A DNA stretch of 64,000 bases. Source: Limnochordia bacterium. Its GTDB lineage: Bacteria; Bacillota; Limnochordia; DTU080. The position numbers and the translations under genes are program-made. The stretch is from the NCBI GenBank assembly GCA_050951545.1, contig JBMNJG010000005.1:32001-96000 (forward strand), written 5' to 3'. This document shows, piece after piece, positions 47,395 through 56,445 of the stretch. Under the pieces are notes generated by a model that saw only the letters and a list, made by a program, of their open reading frames with translations, was not told the origin of the DNA and made no database searches. Each line of letters begins with the position of its first letter. The stretch's first letter is position 1.

Positions 47395-48945
47395 CTACTG
47401 ATTGCTAGGGGACGCTGCGGAAACACCGTCCATACCCAAGGCAGTCAGCACGGCCCGAGCGCTGTCACGCACCCCGTTGGCCACTGCCGCTGACGAAACC
47501 GTAGCACCAGCGATGCCATCCACATCGTTAGTCAGTGCAAAATCATCACTGATCCTCTTGCCTGAGAACTGGCCTAGGTAGTCAGGATCTGCGACTCTGC
47601 TGCCCAATCCTGCCGTCTCTGTGTGCGCCAACACCTGCACTCCGACCACGTGCGCTCCCTCGCCATCGAGACCCACGGCCAAGGTGATGTCACCCTGGAA
47701 CCCTGCAGGTTTGGTCACAAACACAATCCCCATTCGCTCCCCTGATTCATCTTTCACCAGGAAGACGGGGCTATTCACACGTTTGGGCAAGTGCTCTGAC
47801 AAATCAACGGGCTCAAACACCTCAGCCGCTGGAAACATGACCCGGAATCCCTCACCGATCTCCTGCTGACGTCGCAGCTCTATGCGAGGGTTCATAGCCG
47901 CGAAAAAGACGGCGAGAATGATGCCGGATACTGCCGAGACTGCCCCCATGGTCACGAGGATGCGCAGAAGAATCTTGTCGCCCTTTTCTTTCTCGGCCGC
48001 CTCACCAATGCTCTGCGTCTGCGGCTTGGGGCGACTGACGAGGTTGATCAGTGGGGTCACGGCATTCATAAACAGGATAGCAAAGGAGACGCCTTCCGGG
48101 TAGCTCCCCCATAGACGGATGATCATAGTCAAGAGTCCGATACCGACGCCAAAAAAAAGGCGCCCCCGGCGAGTGTAAGGCGATGTTACCCAGTCTGTAG
48201 CCATGAAAAACGCTCCCAAGAGGAGGCCACCGCTGAGCAGCTGGAACAGAGGGTCTGCTCCGACAAATAACGAGACCACCGCTACTGTTCCTAGTATCGA
48301 AGCTGGCACTCGCCAATCGATGATACCCCTGATCAACAGATAGAGTCCGCCCAAGAGCAACGCGACAGCAGAGGTCTCACCGAGACACCCTGCGTGCGTG
48401 CCTAGCAGATAACGCAAGCCATCCTGCCCCAGTGAAGTAGCGGTTGCCAAAGGCGTCGCAGAGCTGGCCGCGTCAAAGGGAGCAATCCAGCGGGTCATCA
48501 GATCAGGGAAACTGATGACAAGAAAGACACGCGCCACCAACGCCGGGTTAAACGGGTTGGCACCGAGACCGCCAAAGACCTGTTTCCCCAAAGCGATAGC
48601 GATAAACCCGCCCAAGAGACTCACCCAGATTGGGCTTGCGGGTGGTAGGGTAAGGGCCAGTAAGAGACCCGTCACGACCGCACTGAGATCACTGACCTGC
48701 ACGGGCTTACCCCGTAAACGCAGACACACTGCCTCGCCAGCCACCGCCCCTACCACACAGGCGACGATGACCTGAGCGGCCCCCCATCCAAACAGGAGTA
48801 CGGAGGCCACACTCGCTGGCAACAGAGAGACAAGTACCGTCAACATAACTCCGGACACGCTCTGCCCACAGTGGATGTGGGGCGCTGGGCGCAGCAGAAA
48901 GCGCTTTTCGCCCTCGCTGTTTTTTAGTGGAATAGCTGATGTCAC
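47395..48945 (-). CDS. rnfD: Rnf complex subunit D fused to subunit G
   Basis: RnfD motifs (APHIH, VTGLLLALTLP, NPFNPALVAR, SATPL, GCLGETS, MATD, YPEGVSFAILFMN) continue in frame into RnfG motifs (GFQGDI, HTETAGLG, VDGIAGATVSS). Confidence 0.9.
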   Translation of the reverse strand: MTSAIPLKNSEGEKRFLLRPAPHIHCGQSVSGVMLTVLVSLLPASVASVLLFGWGAAQVIVACVVGAVAGEAVCLRLRGKPVQVSDLSAVVTGLLLALTLPPASPIWVSLLGGFIAIALGKQVFGGLGANPFNPALVARVFLVISFPDLMTRWIAPFDAASSATPLATATSLGQDGLRYLLGTHAGCLGETSAVALLLGGLYLLIRGIIDWRVPASILGTVAVVSLFVGADPLFQLLSGGLLLGAFFMATDWVTSPYTRRGRLFFGVGIGLLTMIIRLWGSYPEGVSFAILFMNAVTPLINLVSRPKPQTQSIGEAAEKEKGDKILLRILVTMGAVSAVSGIILAVFFAAMNPRIELRRQQEIGEGFRVMFPAAEVFEPVDLSEHLPKRVNSPVFLVKDESGERMGIVFVTKPAGFQGDITLAVGLDGEGAHVVGVQVLAHTETAGLGSRVADPDYLGQFSGKRISDDFALTNDVDGIAGATVSSAAVANGVRDSARAVLTALGMDGVSAASPSNQ

Positions 48946-48948
48946 GAT

Positions 48949-50289
48949 TTATGCCGCCCCTCCTGAAGTCTGTGATTTCGCACGAGCAGCCGCCTGTTCT
49001 CGCAGGATTTCGCCTTTCGCCAACTTGATCAGCGGCAGCAGTGGACGTCTACCGGGACAGCGATAGGTGCAGGTACCGCACTCGCAACACAGCATGGTTC
49101 CTGCGTCCTCAGCCTCATGCCACTCTTTGGCTTCCGCCAGCCGCGCCAGATGATACGGCTCCAAGCCCTCCGGGCACACATCGACGCACCCACCACAGCG
49201 CAGGCAAACCCCTTCGGTGAACTTGAGCACGTCCTCCTCCGCAAAGCCCAGCAGAGCACTTGATCCCTTGATTACTGGTACTTCGTCAGACGACGCGCTC
49301 TGCCCCATCATCGGACCACCGAGCACCAGTTGGCGCAGATTGTCGTGTCTGCCCACATGATCAAGCACATAACTGGCTGGCGTCCCTATGCTCACCCAGA
49401 GATTAGCTGCCCTCTTGACGCCGCTTCCAGCCACCGTCAATGCCCGAGTAATAAGAGGCTCACCATCGCGCAAGGCCCGGGTGACAGCGACCACTGTCGC
49501 CACGTTTTGCACGAGGCAACCGACCTCTGGGGGCAAACCTCGAGCCCGGAGCCGTCTACCCGTCACGCGCCTGATTAGAACGCCCTCGGCGCCTTGAGGG
49601 AATGCCGCTGGCACCACTACTACCTCTACATCAGGCAGACCAGCAGCAGCCTGTCGCAGCTTGGCTACTGCGTCGGGCTTGTTCGCTTCCACAGCGACCA
49701 GAACTCGCTTAGCGCCCACGACATGGCGAAGGGCCTCCCAGCCGTAGACCAACTCATCCGTGCATTCGAGCATCACCCTGTGATCGCACGTGAGATACGG
49801 CTCACACTCGCAGCCGTTGATGATCAGTGTGTCTACCGGCTCCCTGGGTGCCAGCTTGATTGAGGTAGGAAACATGGCCCCGCCCATGCCCACAATCCCC
49901 GCCTCTTGCACGCGTCTGCGAATGGCCTCCGGCGTCAACGAACGAGGGTCAGCGACCCCTTCCGCTCTGTCTGCATCTGTGTACTCCCCATCGTTTTCGA
50001 TAACAATCGCTTCGCCGTAGAAACCTGACGGGTGTAGCCTCGAAGCTACTGCCGTCACTTTCCCGGATACGGGACTGTGTATTGGGGCTCCCAAACCAAC
50101 TGGCTCGCCAATACACTGACCGCGTTCTACTAGATCGCCGCGCTTGACCAAAGCCTTCGCTGGCGCTCCCCGATGCTGTAATAGAGGGACGGTGACCACG
50201 GGTGGCGGCGCCAGTACCTCCAATGGGGAGCTGGCCCCATCTTTGTGATGGGCCATAGCCATGCCGCCCCGCACTCTATAGAGTCGCAT
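48949..50289 (-). CDS. rnfC: Rnf complex subunit C
   Basis: QHRGAP, GIVGMGGAMFPT, INGCECEPYLTCD, GGPMMG and two CxxCxxCxxxCP motifs. Confidence 0.94.
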   Translation of the reverse strand: MRLYRVRGGMAMAHHKDGASSPLEVLAPPPVVTVPLLQHRGAPAKALVKRGDLVERGQCIGEPVGLGAPIHSPVSGKVTAVASRLHPSGFYGEAIVIENDGEYTDADRAEGVADPRSLTPEAIRRRVQEAGIVGMGGAMFPTSIKLAPREPVDTLIINGCECEPYLTCDHRVMLECTDELVYGWEALRHVVGAKRVLVAVEANKPDAVAKLRQAAAGLPDVEVVVVPAAFPQGAEGVLIRRVTGRRLRARGLPPEVGCLVQNVATVVAVTRALRDGEPLITRALTVAGSGVKRAANLWVSIGTPASYVLDHVGRHDNLRQLVLGGPMMGQSASSDEVPVIKGSSALLGFAEEDVLKFTEGVCLRCGGCVDVCPEGLEPYHLARLAEAKEWHEAEDAGTMLCCECGTCTYRCPGRRPLLPLIKLAKGEILREQAAARAKSQTSGGAA

Positions 50290-50526
50290 TAAACGCCTCC
50301 CTACTTCTTCATAAAGGCAACTCAACCAGCTAGCCGGTTGTCTGTCAAAAGGATTCGGGCACCTTGTCATTGTAACCCTACCACGGGACAAAGACAATCG
50401 TCACTCGTTACGGCCTCAGTACCTCACCTGCGGTTAGAACGATGCAGGAATACGACCTGTGCAGGGGAAACCGTTGGTACAACCAAGACTGATAGCCCAC
50501 ATGCCCAAGGCAGGAGGCCCTTCGCA

Positions 50527-51558
50527 ATGAAAGTGATTGTCACCTACAACATTCCAAGTTCCGTCATCCCCGAAGAGTACGTTTGTCATGAAGGTGTCAT
50601 GGATCAGGTACGCGATGTCACTAATGCCCTGAAGGAACTAGGACACTCCTACGAAGTGCTAGGCATAGGCAATGATCTCAAGCGTGAACTCGCCGACCTG
50701 GCCTCCTGGGAGGCCGACCTGGTCTTTAACCTCTGCGAGAGCATCAAAGGCCTGAGCGCGCTTCAGCCCTGCTTCGCTGGGTATCTGGAACTGCTAGGCA
50801 TCCCGTTTACTGGCTCCAGCTCGGCTGGCATCACAATTGCCATCGACAAGCGTCAGACCAAAGCCATACTGCGTAGCACTGGTATCGGTACTCCGCCCGC
50901 ATGGTTAGCTAGCACCCTTATGCCTCTCCTGGAACCCACGCGAGAACAGACCCTGTCTGCCACTGTGTCCCTTCCTGTGATCGTGAAACCCGCGCGTGAA
51001 GACGGCAGCATTGGCATCAATCAAGATTCCGTCGCCACCACCTGGGACGAGTTGCGCCTAGCCCTGCAGCAAGCAGTGGCCCGCTTCGGACCTGACAATG
51101 TGCTAGTTGAGCGCTTCATAGAAGGCCGAGAGTTCTTTGTTGGCTTTCTGGGCAATACCGAACTCCAGGCCCTACCTGTATCAGAGATAACTTTCGAAGA
51201 CCTGCCTTCGGGGCTCATGCCCATCATGTCCTACGACGCCAAGTGGGACCCCGACTCTCCCGAGCGGCGCAGCTTCCGCCGACTTTGTCCAGCTCCATTG
51301 GCCTCCGAGGCTCATGCGCGGATTGTGGCCGCCTCTGAGGCAGCCTACAAGAGGGTAGGCCTCTCTGGCTACGGCCGTGTCGATCTGCGATGGGAGACGG
51401 CCACCGATGAGATCTACGTGCTAGACGTCAATGCCAACCCGGACATCACAGACAGGCAAGGGCTTCCTGTCACAGCAGCCCATGTGGGACTGGCCTACCC
51501 CCAACTCGTTGAAGCCATTATCTCGTATGCTTTGGAGCGTGCACGAAACTGGCCCTAG
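50527..51558 (+). CDS. D-alanine--D-alanine ligase-like ATP-grasp protein
   Basis: VFNLCE, IPFTGS, IVKPAREDGSIGI, VERFIEGREF, YGRVDLR and DVNANP motifs. Confidence 0.85.
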   Translation: MKVIVTYNIPSSVIPEEYVCHEGVMDQVRDVTNALKELGHSYEVLGIGNDLKRELADLASWEADLVFNLCESIKGLSALQPCFAGYLELLGIPFTGSSSAGITIAIDKRQTKAILRSTGIGTPPAWLASTLMPLLEPTREQTLSATVSLPVIVKPAREDGSIGINQDSVATTWDELRLALQQAVARFGPDNVLVERFIEGREFFVGFLGNTELQALPVSEITFEDLPSGLMPIMSYDAKWDPDSPERRSFRRLCPAPLASEAHARIVAASEAAYKRVGLSGYGRVDLRWETATDEIYVLDVNANPDITDRQGLPVTAAHVGLAYPQLVEAIISYALERARNWP

Positions 51559-52592
51559 ATCAGCTGGGCCAGCACAGGCTCAAGCACGTCGGCCATACGC
51601 CAGAAACCCAGGTCGGTGGGATGCGAGCCATCGACCGTGCCCTCGCCGTCTTCGCCAAGCAGCCCGTCACCCGGTACATAATGGATGCCGCCCACACCAA
51701 CATTCACAAGCCGCTCCATGGTCTGACGCAGCGCCTTCCGCTTCGCCGCGTGCTGTTGACGGCGACTAGCCAAGAAAGGCGCGTTGCCATAGTTGCGATC
51801 CTCCACCAACACGATGGGCGTCGTCGGTCGTGCGTCACGCAAGGTCCGCACCAGAGGCTCCGTGCGCTCGGTGACGAGTTCGGCCTGCATGTTAGGCAGG
51901 CAGTCGATCACAAACGCCGCAGGATCTAGCTCGGAGAGAAACCGCCCCACTTCGGGCTCCATCATGCCATTTCCTGAGAAACCCAGGTTGATCACCGGGC
52001 ATCCCAGACGGCGGCCCAAGATCCCTACATGATGCATGCCGGGGCGCGAGGCGCAGCCTCCCTGCACAATCGAGGTGCCATAGAAGACCACTGGCTTGCT
52101 TGTGCGAGGCGCAACCCCCTCAAAGTGGGCCCCACTGGGTAGACCAATCTCCAGTGAATCGACTCCGTTGTACAATGGAAGATATAGCATGAACAAGCGC
52201 TTGCTACCATCAAGTCCATCGACCAGTGTGGCTTGCACCTCGGCTGACGCTTCAGGTCTGCCTACACCTAGCCAACACCAAGAACTGCTGTTCTTCTCCC
52301 AGGTGTACAAGTCAAGTCCACTAACTCCAGTAGCTGGCATATGAGACATAGCCAGTCGGCTAGACCAGAGCTTCCACCGAGCGTGAATTGCCCGGGCATC
52401 CGTTACAAATCGCGTACACATCCCAGCGGAATGCCTGCTCAGATTCCATACAGCGTCTCGCACCACACCCTTCGCCCGGGCGGGCAGCCGATCGTAGTAA
52501 CGCTCCACATCGTCCCAGCCCCTGCCCTCAACACCCCAGTCTCGTACATCGTGCCAAACCAGTGCTGAACTCCCCTCGTCGTGTGCAGACAT
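51555..52592 (-). CDS. SGNH/GDSL hydrolase with GxDLY N-terminal domain
   Basis: SGLDLY, YGTSIVQG, NLGFSG, DCLPN and DGSHP motifs. Confidence 0.9.
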   Translation of the reverse strand: MSAHDEGSSALVWHDVRDWGVEGRGWDDVERYYDRLPARAKGVVRDAVWNLSRHSAGMCTRFVTDARAIHARWKLWSSRLAMSHMPATGVSGLDLYTWEKNSSSWCWLGVGRPEASAEVQATLVDGLDGSKRLFMLYLPLYNGVDSLEIGLPSGAHFEGVAPRTSKPVVFYGTSIVQGGCASRPGMHHVGILGRRLGCPVINLGFSGNGMMEPEVGRFLSELDPAAFVIDCLPNMQAELVTERTEPLVRTLRDARPTTPIVLVEDRNYGNAPFLASRRQQHAAKRKALRQTMERLVNVGVGGIHYVPGDGLLGEDGEGTVDGSHPTDLGFWRMADVLEPVLAQLI

Positions 52593-52645
52593 AGCCCGTA
52601 TTCCCCCATGAGTTGCGTATTGTCGCTGCCAGGTGCCGAAAAAGC

Positions 52646-52680
52646 GGCAGGGCATGGAACGGTAGCCGCCATGCCCTGCC
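52646..52680. terminator. GC-rich hairpin downstream of the binding-protein gene
   Basis: GGCAGGGCATGG-11 nt-CCATGCCCTGCC. Confidence 0.55.
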
Positions 52681-52720
52681 CAACGCCTAAGCGATCACTC
52701 TCTGAAGCCCAGAGACCTCT

Positions 52721-53980
52721 TTACTGACGGGCCTTTAGCAGAGCGTTAATCTGAGTTTCCATCTGTTGCACGGCGCTGGCCACTGCCTGGTCGCCCCAGA
52801 TCGTAGCCAGAGTCTCTCGGTTGATGATGTTGAAGAAATCCGCTAGCATCTGGAACGGTGACCGGGCCTTATCGAAACCCTCTTGCAGAAGATGGCGATT
52901 GGCGGGGTGCGTGCGCCCCGGCAACCAAGTAGTCTGGAAGACGCGCATGCTCGGTGGAACGAGCCCCGTCACTTGCACTCGACGCTCAAGAGCTTCGTTC
53001 GACGTCATGAAGCGCAATAACTCAAGGGCTTCCGCCTTGCATCTGGAGGAGCTAAATACAAACCAGCCGATCGCATTAATGTAGGGGACGTGTCCACCCG
53101 GTCCCTTCGGCAAAGGTACGACATCCCAGTCAAAATCCTTGATGGTACTGAATCCCTCAGCCATCACCACTGTGTTCGTTTGGCCCATAGCAATCTTTTG
53201 CTGCATGAACCCAGCCGATACGCTGAGCCTACCGTGGGTGACCCTATCCTGAACGGCTCCCGAAGTGACCAGATCCGCTAGGTACTGCAAGGCATTGGCC
53301 ACCTCTGGTGTCCTGCCTACAAACTTCGTGGGATCGGCCCAGTTGTCTACGATGTCGCCACCATACGACCAGATGACAGGCATGTAATTGCGGCCAGTGG
53401 GAATCTTGAACCCATACACGCTAGAAGTGCCATCTGCCTCGCGACGTGTCAGACGCAGGGCGGTAGCCCGCAGATCGTCATACGTCCATCCAACTCTGGG
53501 GAAGCCCACCCCAGCCTCGTTGAGAAGGTCCTTGTTATAGAAAATCGCTCCGATCTGGAGGTCTTGGGGAAGACCGTAAAGAGCACCTCGCACCCTGTAC
53601 AGATCAAGAGCTGCAGGGTACCACTCTCGAAACTGCCTTTGCTCTTTGGCCACAAACGGCGTCAGATCCTCAAGGATGCCCTGTAGACCCCAATCAACCA
53701 CCAGATAGGGATCCATGAACCCTATGTCCAGTGGTACCCCACCAGCCAACATGGCCTGCATCTTTGGCACCAATCCTGTGCCAGCAACACTCACGAGATC
53801 AATGGTGACGCCAGGATGCGCAGCCTCAAACTTCTCTTTCATCTCGGTCTGCCATTTGATACTCTGTTCCCGAGTCTCGGCAATCACCGTCACCGTAACT
53901 GGGCTGGCAGCACTGGCTAGACCCGCAACCAGCAAAGCCAGGCATAACGCCATAAGCGTGCTATAGACAAGCTTTCGCAT
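52721..53980 (-). CDS. Sugar ABC transporter substrate-binding protein
   Basis: Signal peptide; FEAAHPGVTI, FYNKDLLNEAG, WTYDDL and FDWDVVPLP motifs. Confidence 0.9.
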   Translation of the reverse strand: MRKLVYSTLMALCLALLVAGLASAASPVTVTVIAETREQSIKWQTEMKEKFEAAHPGVTIDLVSVAGTGLVPKMQAMLAGGVPLDIGFMDPYLVVDWGLQGILEDLTPFVAKEQRQFREWYPAALDLYRVRGALYGLPQDLQIGAIFYNKDLLNEAGVGFPRVGWTYDDLRATALRLTRREADGTSSVYGFKIPTGRNYMPVIWSYGGDIVDNWADPTKFVGRTPEVANALQYLADLVTSGAVQDRVTHGRLSVSAGFMQQKIAMGQTNTVVMAEGFSTIKDFDWDVVPLPKGPGGHVPYINAIGWFVFSSSRCKAEALELLRFMTSNEALERRVQVTGLVPPSMRVFQTTWLPGRTHPANRHLLQEGFDKARSPFQMLADFFNIINRETLATIWGDQAVASAVQQMETQINALLKARQ

Positions 53981-54065
53981 TGCTTTCGCCTCCGTAAATT
54001 CGCTCAGTGTGATCCTCTCCCACGCAGGTTTCTCTCATAGACTGGTAATTCCTGCCGAGGAAGAG

Positions 54066-55325
54066 CTATTGGGTGGCCTTGAGCAAGGCGCTGACACCAT
54101 CTTCCATTAGCTGCACTGCACTGCCTGCAGCCTTCTCGCCCCAGACGACAGACAACACCTCGCGATCGATGATCTTGAAGATATCGCCGTGCAAGGGCCA
54201 CGGTGAGCGTGCCCTATCGAAGTCCTCCAAGAGCAAGTGCCGGTTGGCGGGCATGGTCTGCCCCGACAGCCAAGTGGTCTGAAACACTCTTGCACTTGCT
54301 GGCACGAGGCCAGTCACTTGCACCCTGCGCTCAAGGGCCTCAGTCGACGTGAGGAAACGTAAGAGCTCATAAGCCTCTGCCTTGCACTTCGAGGAGCTAA
54401 ACATGAACCAACCGATGCCATTTATGTAGGGTACGCGCCCCGCTGGCCCCTCGGGCAGCGGCACCACATCCCAGTCAAAGGCAGTGATGTTCTGGAATCC
54501 TGTAGCCATGACCACTGTATTCGTGAGCCCCATAGCGATCCGCCGTTGCGTAAACGCCGTGGCCACGCCATACCTGCCGTGAGTGACCCTGTCCTGAACC
54601 GCCCCTACAGTCACGAGATCAGCCAGATACTCTAGAGCAGTGATCGTTTCGGAAGCCTTGCCAGTAAACCTTGTGGGATCCGCCCAATCATCGAGAAAAT
54701 CGCCCCCGTAAGACCACACCAAAGGCACATAGTTACGACTTGTAGGGATTTTGAAGCCATGTCTACTGAACGTGCCATCGGCCTCGCGGCGAGTGAGGCT
54801 GATAGCATTTCGGCGCAGATCGTCGTAGGTCCAGCTTGTCTTGGGAAAAGCCAGACCAGCCTCGGAAAACTGGTCTTTGTTGTAGAAGATACCCGATATC
54901 TGGAGGTCTTGCGGTAGCCCAAAGATGCCGCCTCGTACCCGGTAAAGATCCAGCGATGCGGGGTACCAATCTCGGTACTGCCTCTGCTCTTTGGCTAGAA
55001 ACGGCGTCAGATCCTCAAGAATACCCTCTTTGCCCCAGTCAACCACGAGATAGGGGTCCATATACCCGATGTCCAGTGGCACGCCACCCGCTAACATGGT
55101 CTGCATCTTAGGAATCAGCCCAGTGCCAGCCACGCTCACCAGATCCACAGTGATACCCGGATGCGTGGCCTCAAACCTCTCCTTCATCTCAGTCTGCCAC
55201 TTATAACTGGACTCTCTGGTTTCAGCAATCATGGTCACTGTGACTGGACTAGCAGCGCTCGCTATACCCGCGACGATCAAGCCGGTACCGATCGCGATGG
55301 CAGTAGCACGAGACAATACTCCCAT
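54066..55325 (-). CDS. Sugar ABC transporter substrate-binding protein (tandem paralog of 52721..53980)
   Basis: Both 419 aa; long shared blocks such as ASAASPVTVT, KWQTEMKE, GAVQDRVTHGR and EALERRVQVTGLVP. Confidence 0.9.
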   Translation of the reverse strand: MGVLSRATAIAIGTGLIVAGIASAASPVTVTMIAETRESSYKWQTEMKERFEATHPGITVDLVSVAGTGLIPKMQTMLAGGVPLDIGYMDPYLVVDWGKEGILEDLTPFLAKEQRQYRDWYPASLDLYRVRGGIFGLPQDLQISGIFYNKDQFSEAGLAFPKTSWTYDDLRRNAISLTRREADGTFSRHGFKIPTSRNYVPLVWSYGGDFLDDWADPTRFTGKASETITALEYLADLVTVGAVQDRVTHGRYGVATAFTQRRIAMGLTNTVVMATGFQNITAFDWDVVPLPEGPAGRVPYINGIGWFMFSSSKCKAEAYELLRFLTSTEALERRVQVTGLVPASARVFQTTWLSGQTMPANRHLLLEDFDRARSPWPLHGDIFKIIDREVLSVVWGEKAAGSAVQLMEDGVSALLKATQ

Positions 55326-55487
55326 TGTGTTCCCCCAATCCCATAGTATCTAGATGCTGTTACTTTTTTAACTTTTTCCTTGTATGAAAGGCGTTTCCTG
55401 CCGATCCTGAAAGGTATCTACCTCGTCCACAGGGAATGTGATGGCACGCCCGCCTGTAAACCCGACGAAACCGCTAACGAGCAGGTG

Positions 55488-56372
55488 ATGACGATGGCCA
55501 AAGCCCAGCTTCCTGGCGAAGCCGAACACGAAATCGGCGACCCGCAGGTGATCGTGACGCAAGCGCAGATCACTGAAGCATTCCAATCGTGCGGTGTTGG
55601 TCCAGGCGACATCCTGATGCTGCACGCATCGCTCAGTTCTATGGGCACCGTGTGCGGCGGTGCGGAGGCTGTAGTGGATGGACTCATTGCAGCTACATCA
55701 CCCGCAGGCACAGTGGCGGTTCCTAGCCTGTGGTGGCGGCCTCTTTCACCGCCTCTGAAGCTTGAGGATTGGGATGTGACCACATCGCCAGCCTTCACGG
55801 GGACGATTGCAGAAGCAGTGCGCAAGCGACCTGATGCATGTCGTAGCGACCACCACTCACATGCCGTCGCAGCCATTGGCCACCAAGCGGAAGCGCTGAC
55901 TCGCACGCATGGCCAACAGGGACTGCGCCCTGGTCCCTTTGGCGAGAAGGCCTTTGCCACCGACAGTCCTTGGGCGAAACTACTGCTGTGGAACGCGGCC
56001 TACGCATTTCTGGGTGTCGACTTCACCGTCAATACCATGGGCCACTATATTGAGTACGAATATGTCGACCAGGTTCTGCACACCCTGCCACCCGACACGC
56101 GCCCACGCTTCATCGCCCGCCTGAGAAGTTGGTTCATGACCGAAGGGGTATGGTCCAGCTTCAGTTTTCGCTCCATGGGCTGTAAACTCGAGGAAGCTGG
56201 ACTGGTAGCCCGAAGGCGCATTGGCACAGCCACCCTACGCGTTATTCGAGTGGCCGCAATGGTCGAGTGGGTTCTCCACGAGCTGCGCGCCCATCCCGAG
56301 GAGTGGTTCACCCCGAAGTTCCTGGCCTGGTTGCGGGACGCCGAAGGCGGCTGGTGCGATCCCCAGACCTGA
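55488..56372 (+). CDS. AAC(3) family (Antibiotic_NAT) N-acetyltransferase
   Basis: GDILMLHASLSSMG, GGAEAVV, GTVAVP, TGTIAE, RSDH, LGV and NTMGHYIE motifs. Confidence 0.87.
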   Translation: MTMAKAQLPGEAEHEIGDPQVIVTQAQITEAFQSCGVGPGDILMLHASLSSMGTVCGGAEAVVDGLIAATSPAGTVAVPSLWWRPLSPPLKLEDWDVTTSPAFTGTIAEAVRKRPDACRSDHHSHAVAAIGHQAEALTRTHGQQGLRPGPFGEKAFATDSPWAKLLLWNAAYAFLGVDFTVNTMGHYIEYEYVDQVLHTLPPDTRPRFIARLRSWFMTEGVWSSFSFRSMGCKLEEAGLVARRRIGTATLRVIRVAAMVEWVLHELRAHPEEWFTPKFLAWLRDAEGGWCDPQT

Positions 56373-56445
56373 CGAAGAGGACGCGCAGCCCAGGGGCGGC
56401 ACGCGCCTTTCCACAACTAGTGCCACCCATGCACCGCCGATGCGA

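Noticed and set aside
55488-56372. Acquired aminoglycoside resistance gene
   Set aside because: Only family-level motifs; no integron, IS or compositional anomaly seen.
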